From positions 207,154 through 271,153 of the forward strand of contig CP181398.1 in the NCBI GenBank assembly GCA_047946875.1: 64,000 nucleotides of DNA. Reading direction: 5' to 3'. This DNA is from Candidatus Kerfeldbacteria bacterium. GTDB taxonomy: Bacteria; Patescibacteriota; Patescibacteriia; UBA10025; JAHIVO01. The translations under genes and the position numbers were made by a program. Shown in pieces: positions 51,346 to 59,993 of the stretch. A model generated the notes under the pieces. It was not told the origin of the DNA, did no database searches, and saw nothing but the letters and a program-made list of their open reading frames with translations. How positions within the stretch are numbered: position 1 is the first letter of the stretch; every line of letters starts with the position of its first letter.

Positions 51346-51511
51346 ATTTTAATTATATATTATATAGAATATAAGTCAATTAATATAATATGAGAATATA
51401 TTTATCCACAGGTATGATATTTAGTTAATTTGACATAGATTGAGTGGGGTAGTAGGGTAATAGTGAGACGGCTTAATTATTAGCGACGGCGCATACTTAA
51501 TAGAAAATATT

Positions 51512-52921
51512 ATGTTAAAAGTAATATTATACCTATTCTCGGCCTTTAACCTTATTGTATATATATACTTGTTATTCGCAATAGGTAAGAGAATTACATA
51601 TAGTAAAGCACATAGGAGTTTTTTTATACTGATGATATTCACTATATTATGGATTTTTGTCAGGTTGCTTGAAAATACATTTGAGCGGTATTGGGAATTA
51701 TATATTAATTTAGATTTTGCAATAGCAGCACTAATTGGTTATGCATTAGTAATTTTTGCTTTACATTATCCAAAAGAAAATAAGAACCTCTCTCCAATTA
51801 AAGAAATATATATTTTAATGCCAATTGCAATTTTAGCAATCCTGTCATTTTTTAATGTTTATTATGAGATTTTTTCCTATAGAGTAATTGAATATTCTTA
51901 TAATTATATAATATATATTTTAATACTAATTATATATTTTCTTGGGATTGGAGGAACGCTATTTATAAAAAAATTAATAAAGAGTAAGGGTATAGAAAGA
52001 GTACAACTAAAATATATAAGTTTTGGATATATATCTTCAATTTCTGTATTGTTATTTGATAGTATTTATACAGCTTATGAAGGGGCAAGAACTGAGAATT
52101 GGGATTTCATTTTTTTTAATTTTACTATTATATTCGCAATAATAATTACTTACGCCATGTTACGTTATCGTTTTATGGACATACGAGTTATAGTGAGAAA
52201 AAGTATTGTCTATGGATTTTCATTAATTATAGTTTTGGGAGTTTTTGCATATTTCGTTTTGACTTTTAAACAGACAATTGAAGAGTCATGGAATTTGAAT
52301 ACTTCATGGACAGCGGGAATATTAATAATTATTGTAGCAGTAGGATTTCCTTCATTGAAAACTTTTGTGGAGAAGGTGGTTAATAAAATATTTCAAGATG
52401 AAAAAAGTATTGATTTGGCTGTAGCCGAAGTGAAAGAAAAATTATCACATGAAACTGATTTTGATAATTTGATTCATATTATTAAAAAAGAAATTAAAGA
52501 ATATCTTCAAGTTGAAAATATTCAACTTTTTGTATTGGATAAGGTTAATCATAATTTTAAAGGTAAGGATAATGAAGTAGGTAAAAGCATCCCACAAAAA
52601 AGTGATTTGATTAAATATTTTGAAAAGTATGATGATGTTCTTATAACGGAAGAGATTCCGCATTTACAGAATGAGCGTTCAGGTAAATTTGAAATAGAAA
52701 TGTTGAAACAAGCGGATAAGGAAATAAAGAAATATAATTTTAGATTGGCAATGCCAGTGATAGCAGATAAGGAAATTATTGCTGTACTTGGTTTTTCTGG
52801 GATCGGAAAAAGTTTTACAGTTCAGGATATAGATTACCTAAATAAACTAAGAGAACAAATAGCTTTCGCTATAGCTAACGCCTTACTTTATAAAGAGGCT
52901 ATAGATAGGATTAAGAAATAA
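51512..52921 (+). CDS. HisKA_7TM-like sensor + GAF, without kinase domain
   Basis: About 9 TMs; YAMLRYRFMDI; ends IANALLYKEAIDRIKK with no H-box. Confidence 0.8.
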   Translation: MLKVILYLFSAFNLIVYIYLLFAIGKRITYSKAHRSFFILMIFTILWIFVRLLENTFERYWELYINLDFAIAALIGYALVIFALHYPKENKNLSPIKEIYILMPIAILAILSFFNVYYEIFSYRVIEYSYNYIIYILILIIYFLGIGGTLFIKKLIKSKGIERVQLKYISFGYISSISVLLFDSIYTAYEGARTENWDFIFFNFTIIFAIIITYAMLRYRFMDIRVIVRKSIVYGFSLIIVLGVFAYFVLTFKQTIEESWNLNTSWTAGILIIIVAVGFPSLKTFVEKVVNKIFQDEKSIDLAVAEVKEKLSHETDFDNLIHIIKKEIKEYLQVENIQLFVLDKVNHNFKGKDNEVGKSIPQKSDLIKYFEKYDDVLITEEIPHLQNERSGKFEIEMLKQADKEIKKYNFRLAMPVIADKEIIAVLGFSGIGKSFTVQDIDYLNKLREQIAFAIANALLYKEAIDRIKK

Positions 52922-52950
52922 ATTGAAATTGAATAAAAAATTACTAAATA

Positions 52951-53022
52951 TGTCTTCCTGAGCTTTGCGAAGGAACTCCTGACCGTAGGTCAGGGGACTC
53001 TTCACTCCGTTCAGAGTGACAG
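52951..53022. repeat. GTC-tagged palindromic repeat
   Basis: TGTCTTCCTGAGC...CCTGACCGTAGGTCAGG...TTCAGAGTGACA. Confidence 0.7.
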
Positions 53023-53031
53023 AATAAAATA

Positions 53032-54027
53032 ATGACAACTAATAAACCAAAAATTGCATTACTGTTTTGTGGGGGGTCTGCACTTGTTGCGGGAGAAAAA
53101 GTAATCTCTGTAAAAAAAGAAAGTGATATGAAAGCTTGGGTTGATGCTATCCCAGAAATAAATTTGATTGCAGATATTGAGTCGGTTTTCGTGTTTGGTG
53201 GCGATGCTTCAGAAATGAAACCTAAGTTGTGGAGTAATCTCATCAAAGAAATATATAAAAGAATTGGTGAGTATGATGGATTTGTAGTAACGCATGGTAT
53301 AGATACTATGTTATTTACTTCGGCAATGACAACATTCATGCTACAGTCTCTGAATAAGCCAATTATTTTTACAGGTTCTCCATTGTCAGCAGAAGTTACA
53401 GAAAGTGATAAACAAGATTTGTCAGGGTTGATTTCAAATTATAAATCGTTGGGAGTTAAAGCGAATATTATAAATGCGATTCAGGTAGCCACAATGGATA
53501 TCGCTGAAGTAGGAATAATGTTTGGTAATAAATTGATCAAGGCTACTAAGGCAGTGAAAAGTGATACACCGACGTTCAATTTTTTTGATGCGCATCAAGA
53601 CGGTTTGCTTGGTAAGGTAGATTTTGGGATAAAAATTTTGGACAAAACTAAAAAGAGGCATAAAGATAAAGTTCGGTTGATGGATACTATGGAAGAGAAT
53701 ATTTGTTTGTTGCAACTTTATCCTGGAGCCCCAGTAGAATTATTACAACAAATGATAGATAAAGATTGTCAGGGGATTATAGTAAGGAGTTTTAATACGA
53801 ACTTATTTCCTGATAGTTATCGTAGTCTGCTAGAACAAGCTTATAAAAAGAAGATACCGATTGTCGCACATAATCAGTCAGCTCTTGATATTAAGAAAAA
53901 AAAGAAAGAATATATTTTGGTTAATGACCAAACCTTTGAGACGACGTTTGTGAAATTCATGTGGGCTTTGGGGCAAACAAGAGATTTGGGTAAATTAAGA
54001 ATTATTATGTGGGAGAATGGAATTTAA
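53032..54027 (+). CDS. L-asparaginase-fold protein with substituted catalytic threonines
   Basis: CGGSA in place of TGGTI; THGIDTM in place of HGTDTM; KPIIFTGS; LYPG. Confidence 0.8.
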   Translation: MTTNKPKIALLFCGGSALVAGEKVISVKKESDMKAWVDAIPEINLIADIESVFVFGGDASEMKPKLWSNLIKEIYKRIGEYDGFVVTHGIDTMLFTSAMTTFMLQSLNKPIIFTGSPLSAEVTESDKQDLSGLISNYKSLGVKANIINAIQVATMDIAEVGIMFGNKLIKATKAVKSDTPTFNFFDAHQDGLLGKVDFGIKILDKTKKRHKDKVRLMDTMEENICLLQLYPGAPVELLQQMIDKDCQGIIVRSFNTNLFPDSYRSLLEQAYKKKIPIVAHNQSALDIKKKKKEYILVNDQTFETTFVKFMWALGQTRDLGKLRIIMWENGI

Positions 54028-54326
54028 TGAAGGAAGAGAAAATATACTACGTCTATATAATAACTAATAAATACGATAAGGTTTTATATATCGGTACCAC
54101 TAGGAATCTAGAGAATAGGATAAGACAACACAAAAATAAAGAATTAACGGGATTTTCTGAAAAATATAATTTGAATAAGCTTGTATATTATGAAGAATTT
54201 GAAATGGCAATAGAAGCTTTTGATAGAGAGAAACAACTTAAGAATTGGCACAGGGAATGGAAAATTAATTTAATCAAAACTATGAATATAGAATTTAAAG
54301 ATTTAGCCAAAGAGTGGTATGAATGA
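54027..54326 (+). CDS. Small GIY-YIG nuclease
   Basis: YYVYI...LYIGTT..L..R..QH, KLVYYE, REKQLK; ATG overlaps the upstream TAA. Confidence 0.92.
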   Translation: MKEEKIYYVYIITNKYDKVLYIGTTRNLENRIRQHKNKELTGFSEKYNLNKLVYYEEFEMAIEAFDREKQLKNWHREWKINLIKTMNIEFKDLAKEWYE

Positions 54327-54410
54327 GATCCTGAAACTAGTTCAGGATGAGGGAATAAAAAAATGTTAATAATCAACCTTCTCCTCATTCTGAATTTATT
54401 TCAGAATATC
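54324..54410. repeat. Palindromic repeat pair starting at the GIY-YIG stop codon
   Basis: GAGATCCTGAAACTAGTTCAGGATGAG and CTCATTCTGAATTTATTTCAGAATATC. Confidence 0.75.
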
Positions 54411-54475
54411 AATACTAAAAATATTTTCATCAATAAGTAATAAAAAATGAGTATATCAAACTACAAATTAGAAAA

Positions 54476-54555
54476 TTGTGAAATTCATGTGGGCTCTAGG
54501 ACAGACTAGAGACCTTGGTAAACTAAGAATAATTATGTGGGAGAATGGAATTTAA
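54476..54555 (+). repeat. Duplicated 3' end of the asparaginase-like gene (copy of 53948-54027)
   Basis: Same peptide VKFMWALGQTRDLGKLRIIMWENGI*; 10 nt differences by my count, all synonymous. Confidence 0.92.
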
Positions 54556-54556
54556 T

Positions 54557-55147
54557 ATGAGAACATACTTTTTTTCACCATTAATATCTACTGACACTCT
54601 GGATAAAAACTATAAGCTTATTATAGAAATTCTAAAAAAAGCTGGTGTGTTCGTCGTGGCCGCGACTGATGAAAATAATACTGATTTCAAAAAAGAAGAA
54701 TTAGAAAATATGCAGGAGTCAGGGGAGATATTGTTAGATAAAATGGATTGTATAATTATCGAAGCTTCCCAGACTGATCAGGAGATAGGATATCTATTAG
54801 CTTATGCAATTTCACAGAAAAAACCATTATTATATTTGTATAAAGTGGGTACCCCAGAAAAAGTTTCATTTGGATATCTTAACAAAAAAAATACTCCCGA
54901 CTTTGTTCGTATGGCTTCATACACTATTAAAGACTTGGAGCAAAAAGTATTGCAGTTTATCGATGAAGTTGGTATGGGCAAGGGGATTAAGGAAAAACCA
55001 ACAATTAAATTTACTCTTCGGATTACTTCTCAAATGGAAAGATATTTGGACTGGAAATCCAAACGTAAGAAAGTTTCTAAGGCAGATTTCTTACGCAAGA
55101 TCTTAGAAAGAATGATTGAGGAGGACGGGGATTTTAGAGGAAAATAA
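54557..55147 (+). CDS. Nucleoside-2-deoxyribosyltransferase-like domain + ribbon-helix-helix protein
   Basis: DCIIIEAS....IGYLLAYAISQKKPLLYL; C-terminal KFTLRIT...YLDW.....SKADFLR. Confidence 0.7.
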   Translation: MRTYFFSPLISTDTLDKNYKLIIEILKKAGVFVVAATDENNTDFKKEELENMQESGEILLDKMDCIIIEASQTDQEIGYLLAYAISQKKPLLYLYKVGTPEKVSFGYLNKKNTPDFVRMASYTIKDLEQKVLQFIDEVGMGKGIKEKPTIKFTLRITSQMERYLDWKSKRKKVSKADFLRKILERMIEEDGDFRGK

Positions 55148-55151
55148 TTTT

Positions 55152-56585
55152 ATGACTTTGATAACCATATCTACAATTATTGCAGTTCTGTCTAATGTTA
55201 TTCTAGGTTTATTTATAATAATGAAAGATAGATACAGTAAAACTAATCAATTACTAAGTGCTTATTGTTTTTTTATATCAATATGGGCAATTTCAAATTA
55301 TTTTTCACTTTCTCTTATTGAAAAAGGGGATATATTACTTTCAATGAGAGCAGTAATGTCATTTGCTACAGCTCAATCAATTGCTATATTATTATTTGTA
55401 ATTAATTATCCAAAAAGATCTTTTGATATAAAAGATAAGTGGAAATTGCCAATTATATTTTCAGGGTTAATAGTATTTATTTTGAGTTATACACCTTTTA
55501 TATTTTCTGATGTAATTATTTTCCAAGATGGTAGAACGCATTTACCTGTTGTTGAACCAGGAATTATGTTATTTGCTCTTGTTACTCTTGGTTCAATTTT
55601 CTTATCAATAATTATATTATTAAGAAGGGTAAAAAAAGAAGTTGGTTTATTAAAGTTACAATTAAAATATGTGCTTTATGGTTTAATGGTTATGTATTTT
55701 GGAATAATAGTTTTCTCTTTTGTATTTGTTGTAATTTTTAATAATTCAGATTATGTACATCTTAGTTCATTTTTGACACTGCCTTTTATAATACTAACTA
55801 CTTATTCAATTTTGAAATATCGTTTGATGGATATAAAGGTTGTAATGAAGAAAGGACTAGCTTATTTTATTTCAGTATTAATTTTGTTGTTTGGATATAT
55901 ATATTTACTATTTGTTTCGAAAGACTATCTTGTAAATGAGTATGGATATTCTGAGCAAACAATCTTGATTATATTAATATTAGTAATTGTTTTAACGTTT
56001 GAGCCATTGAGAAGATGTATTATTAAGCTTGTAGATAAAGTACTATTTTCTCAAGTTGAAGAGGAGAAAATACAAACTGATAAATTACGCATAACTCTCA
56101 GCTCTACAATGCAGTTTGATCAGTTGATAAATAAAATAGAGTCATTCTTAAAATATTTCTTAAATATTGAGGAGACGAATTTTATATGGCTAAATAAAGA
56201 GACTGGTAAGTTACAAAATTATAATAAGAGTAAAAAAATAGTTTTGGAAACTACTGGACCAGTTTTTCAATATTTGAAAAATAATACGGAAATTTTGGTA
56301 ACGGAAGAGATCCCATATTTGATAGAACAGATGAGTAACGGGGAGAGGGAGTTGCTAGTTAAAGTGGAAAAGAAGCTCAAGGATTTAAATGTCTACATGG
56401 TTATGCCAGTTGGTGAACCAGGGGAGTTGATGGGGATCTTTCTATTAACCCAAAAGAAAAATAAAGAAGCATTTACGACATATGATGTTGAGTATCTTAT
56501 TAAGTTGCAACCGCAAATGACAGGGGCGATTGCCAATGCGATATTTTATAAGCAGGCGGTGGAGAGGATTGGTAGGACGGAATAA
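55152..56585 (+). CDS. HisKA_7TM-like sensor + GAF, without kinase domain
   Basis: About 9 TMs; YSILKYRLMDI; ends IANAIFYKQAVERIGRTE. Confidence 0.8.
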   Translation: MTLITISTIIAVLSNVILGLFIIMKDRYSKTNQLLSAYCFFISIWAISNYFSLSLIEKGDILLSMRAVMSFATAQSIAILLFVINYPKRSFDIKDKWKLPIIFSGLIVFILSYTPFIFSDVIIFQDGRTHLPVVEPGIMLFALVTLGSIFLSIIILLRRVKKEVGLLKLQLKYVLYGLMVMYFGIIVFSFVFVVIFNNSDYVHLSSFLTLPFIILTTYSILKYRLMDIKVVMKKGLAYFISVLILLFGYIYLLFVSKDYLVNEYGYSEQTILIILILVIVLTFEPLRRCIIKLVDKVLFSQVEEEKIQTDKLRITLSSTMQFDQLINKIESFLKYFLNIEETNFIWLNKETGKLQNYNKSKKIVLETTGPVFQYLKNNTEILVTEEIPYLIEQMSNGERELLVKVEKKLKDLNVYMVMPVGEPGELMGIFLLTQKKNKEAFTTYDVEYLIKLQPQMTGAIANAIFYKQAVERIGRTE

Positions 56586-56620
56586 TTTAATAATTAGTAA
56601 AAAACTTCCCCGAGAAATTT

Positions 56621-56911
56621 ATGAGGAAGTTTTTTGTTTATATTATGGCAAACAGGAATAATAACGTGTTATATGTTGGAGTGACGCGTGATTTGGAATA
56701 TAGGATTTGGGAGCATAAGAATAAAGTACACAAAGGTTTTACCAGTAAGTATAATGTGAATAAGTTGGTTTATTATGAGGAGTTTGATAGTGCATATGAA
56801 GCGATTATGCGGTAGAAGCAGTTGAAAGGTGGATCTAGACTTAAGAAAGTATTATTAATTGAAAGTATGAATAAAGATTGGATTGATTTATCAGCTGAGT
56901 GGTATTATTGA
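56621..56911 (+). pseudogene. GIY-YIG nuclease with an in-frame TAG
   Basis: FVYI...LYVGVT; R*KQLKGGSRLKK..LIES.N..W.DL continues after TAG at 56813-56815. Confidence 0.85.
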
Positions 56912-57065
56912 GATCGCTTCATTTTATTCGCGATGACAGAACTTTTTTATTCTTGTCATTGCGAGGAATGGAATGACGAAGCAATCTTAGCGTCTAAATT
57001 CAGGATGACCATCCTCCTGTCATTTCGGACTTGCTTGTCCGCCTCTGGTGGGATCCAGAATCTCT
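56910..57065. repeat. Cluster of GTC-tagged palindromes after the GIY-YIG pseudogene
   Basis: GAGATCGCTTC..TCGCGATGACA; TGTCATTGCGAGG..GACGAAGCAATC; TTCAGGATGAC; TGTCATTTCGGAC..GGATCCAGAATCT. Confidence 0.75.
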
Positions 57066-57127
57066 ATTGACTATTAGGCTTATTTTTGGTAAACAGAACA
57101 AAAGAAAACAAAAACATTGGAGGTTAC

Positions 57128-58201
57128 ATGAAAAAGCTCTTTGTCATATCGTTTTGCTTACTACTAGTTATTGGCTGTGGTAAACCGAAACATGATATTA
57201 TTCAGCCAGAAGTTTATACCAAGGCCGAAGTTGATTCATTATTGATTGTTCTTAGAAATAATACCAAACAATCAGTTGATCTATTAGTAGACAAACAAAT
57301 ACAAAATGATTCTTTGATTGTTGAAAATAGTTTGGAATTTAACAATTATCGCAAAAATATAACTGCGATTCAAATTCCTGATGAGGTTACTTTTTGTGGT
57401 CAGGTAATACCACTTGATCGCCCCGATGTCCGTCAGCGTTTTGAAAAGATTCTATATTTTTATACTGATAATCAACCTCAATTAATGTTGTACAAACAGC
57501 GTAGTAATCTTTTCTTTCATGTTATGGATAGTATGCTGATTGAAGCTGGACTATCGACAGATATCAAATACATTGCTGTGATCGAGTCAGCTCTTAGACC
57601 GAGTGCTCTATCAAGAGCTGGTGCTAAAGGTTTTTGGCAATTTATGTATTGGACTGCGGATGCACATGAGATTACTAATAATCACTCTGTTGATATGCGG
57701 AATAATTTAATTGCTTCAACAGCTGGTGCAATCTTATACTTAAAAAGTTTGTACGAAAAGTTTCATGATTGGTTTCTGGCTTTTGCTGGTTACAATCGTG
57801 GTGAGAATGGTTTAGCTAGGGACATTAAAGAGCAAGGAACAAGAGATTACTTTGAAATTATTTTCCCCCAGCGGGAAACTGAAGAGTATGTTCTTAGAGC
57901 TGCAGCAGTGAAGTTAATCCTTGAAGATCCTGATCGCTTTGGTATACCACAAGAGGAAATTATTCCTTGGGTAGCTCCGAAGAAGGAGATTGTTACGGTC
58001 CGTGTAAGAAATCGATTAAGAGTTCGTTGGGTAGCAGACTGGTGCGAGACCACTTATCGTCAGATCAAACTTTTTAACCCTGAGTTAAAAGGTGATAAAT
58101 GGGGACCGGGAAAGTATGAAATTTCCATCCCAGCTGGTCAAAGCGATCATTTTTATCAGGGCTTGAAAGATATTAAGTCTGGTAAATATAAAATACCTTA
58201 G
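57128..58201 (+). CDS. Lytic transglycosylase (SLT, MltD-like), putative lipoprotein
   Basis: LVIGC lipobox-like sequence; IES, AGAKGFWQFM, AGYNRGE, ETEEYV. Confidence 0.88.
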   Translation: MKKLFVISFCLLLVIGCGKPKHDIIQPEVYTKAEVDSLLIVLRNNTKQSVDLLVDKQIQNDSLIVENSLEFNNYRKNITAIQIPDEVTFCGQVIPLDRPDVRQRFEKILYFYTDNQPQLMLYKQRSNLFFHVMDSMLIEAGLSTDIKYIAVIESALRPSALSRAGAKGFWQFMYWTADAHEITNNHSVDMRNNLIASTAGAILYLKSLYEKFHDWFLAFAGYNRGENGLARDIKEQGTRDYFEIIFPQRETEEYVLRAAAVKLILEDPDRFGIPQEEIIPWVAPKKEIVTVRVRNRLRVRWVADWCETTYRQIKLFNPELKGDKWGPGKYEISIPAGQSDHFYQGLKDIKSGKYKIP

Positions 58202-58212
58202 ATATTAAGACA

Positions 58213-58244
58213 AACGTCGGACAATTAAGTTCGGCGTTTTTTTA
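58213..58244 (+). terminator. Terminator, with a near-duplicate at 59134-59165
   Basis: AACGTCGGAC-aattaa-GTTCGGCGTTTTTTT. Confidence 0.7.
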
Positions 58245-58485
58245 TTGTGTAAATTTTTTATAGAAGTAAGTAAAAATGGTATAATGTATATATAAGGTTA
58301 GCATTGTACTAATTTTATAGCCGTCACATTAAATTAAAAATTTAATAATTCAATAGTAACCTTCCCTATAAAGTATGCGCCGTCTTATTTTTAAGCCGTC
58401 GCAGAAATATGTGGAAGGTTTTTTATTTTGGAAAAATAAAAAATAAATTGATAAATAAACATTGAACTTTAAAAAGGAGAATCTA

Positions 58486-58935
58486 ATGCACCGATTTAAA
58501 ATCAAAACCTCACCAACAAGTAGAGGTGAATGGAAAGCAACTGCAATGAAAGGTCATAAAGAAGTTGCGGTATCTTATGGTATATCAAGACAGAAAGCGA
58601 TTGACGAGGTAATAAAGAAAATGCCTGAAGACAAACGCTTTAAAACTACAACTGGTCGAACGCCAAATGGTGCGGGATGTTTTGCAACTGTAAAGGATTA
58701 TCAAACCGGTGAGAGTTGGACGGGTAATCATTCATATGATACGGGTACAGCATTAAAAGAGATTGAACCATTATTACCAAAAGAATATTTCTTTCAAAAG
58801 AATGGTTCAGAGTATAGGATGAATGGTAGAAATGAGTGGGCTAGTCATCATGGTTGGAAAGCATTTGGAATTCCAGTAATCATAATGTGTGTAATTGTAG
58901 TTATTATTATGGTCTTAATTGGTAATCTACCATGA
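58486..58935 (+). CDS. Hypothetical protein with two weak internal repeats and a C-terminal TM
   Basis: AGGAGA SD; RFK....T...AT unit occurs twice; hydrophobic C-terminus. Confidence 0.65.
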   Translation: MHRFKIKTSPTSRGEWKATAMKGHKEVAVSYGISRQKAIDEVIKKMPEDKRFKTTTGRTPNGAGCFATVKDYQTGESWTGNHSYDTGTALKEIEPLLPKEYFFQKNGSEYRMNGRNEWASHHGWKAFGIPVIIMCVIVVIIMVLIGNLP

Positions 58936-58976
58936 TTAAATTGGGGATTATAGTTATTAATACTATTTTCCCCAAT

Positions 58977-59066
58977 AAAAAAACTGGGCTAAATCCTGAC
59001 TAAGGCGAACATCCACATTTTACTTTTCAGTCAAGTCTTTGTCCCAGTAATACAGCTAAAAGAACT
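58977..59066 (-). ncRNA. Candidate small RNA
   Basis: TTGACT-17-TATAAT (59101-59073); long ACTGGG...CCCAGT hairpin with U-tract; no downstream minus-strand gene. Confidence 0.5.
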
Positions 59067-59309
59067 ACTTATATTATATAGCTTTGTAGATTGATAGTCA
59101 ATGCGACTTGTACACAGGCGAATTAATGAATTTAACATCGGACAATTGAGTTCGACGTTTTTTTATGCTAAAATTAGGATATAAGAAAAATAAAAATAAA
59201 AGAGATCATATGAAAAATAATTTAATGAATAACCCAATATTTAAGGAGGGGATTTTTTGTATGGGCCAAAAACCTTTACAAAAGTCTATTTTTGTGGTAT
59301 GATAAAGGT

Positions 59310-59972
59310 ATGAAAATAATAAATTCAATAAAAACATTTTTTTTAAAATATAAAATTAAGACACAGAATAATGGGATTGAATTTAGAATTGCACAAACGC
59401 AAGATGAAAAAGACGAAGTATATAAATTAAGATATAGTGTTTACTGCGAAGAAAAAAAATATTTAAAAGTAAGTGATTATCCAGATGGATTAGAGTTTGA
59501 TAAATATGATCCAATTTCTGATCATTTTATTGCTTTAAATAAAATAGGTAAAATTGTTGGAACATTAAGGTTGGTTCCAAGAGATAATAATTTATTTAAT
59601 GAAAAGAGAATTCCTTTAGAATATTATACCGATATAGAAAATCATATAAACAGTAAAAGCGTTGTTAGTGAATTGTCAAGATTTACTATAGATAAGAATT
59701 ATAGAACTAAATACTCAATTAATTTTGGATTGATAAAAAGGGCAACACTTTTTGCTTTAGCTGAAGGTATTACTCATTTTGCCATATCAACTTCTGTAAA
59801 TAGCAAAAATTATTTTGAAAGATTTGGATTTCATCAAATTGGAGAATCTTATATATATCAAAAATTACAATATAAATTACCTTCAATAACTATGATAACG
59901 AGTATACAAAAAGGATTAAAGAAGATGAGAGATTCAAATATAGGTTTTTATGATTATTTTATTTCTAAATAA
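59310..59972 (+). CDS. LuxI/FeeM-like N-acyltransferase (acyl-HSL or N-acyl amino acid synthase-like)
   Basis: YKLRYSVY, DGLEFDKYD, VGTLRL, ELSRF. Confidence 0.82.
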   Translation: MKIINSIKTFFLKYKIKTQNNGIEFRIAQTQDEKDEVYKLRYSVYCEEKKYLKVSDYPDGLEFDKYDPISDHFIALNKIGKIVGTLRLVPRDNNLFNEKRIPLEYYTDIENHINSKSVVSELSRFTIDKNYRTKYSINFGLIKRATLFALAEGITHFAISTSVNSKNYFERFGFHQIGESYIYQKLQYKLPSITMITSIQKGLKKMRDSNIGFYDYFISK

Positions 59973-59993
59973 ATTACTAAATAATTTTCTTAG

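Noticed and set aside
56813-56815. TAG readthrough or alternative genetic code
   Set aside because: TAG and TGA end many intact genes in this window; a single GAG-to-TAG change explains it
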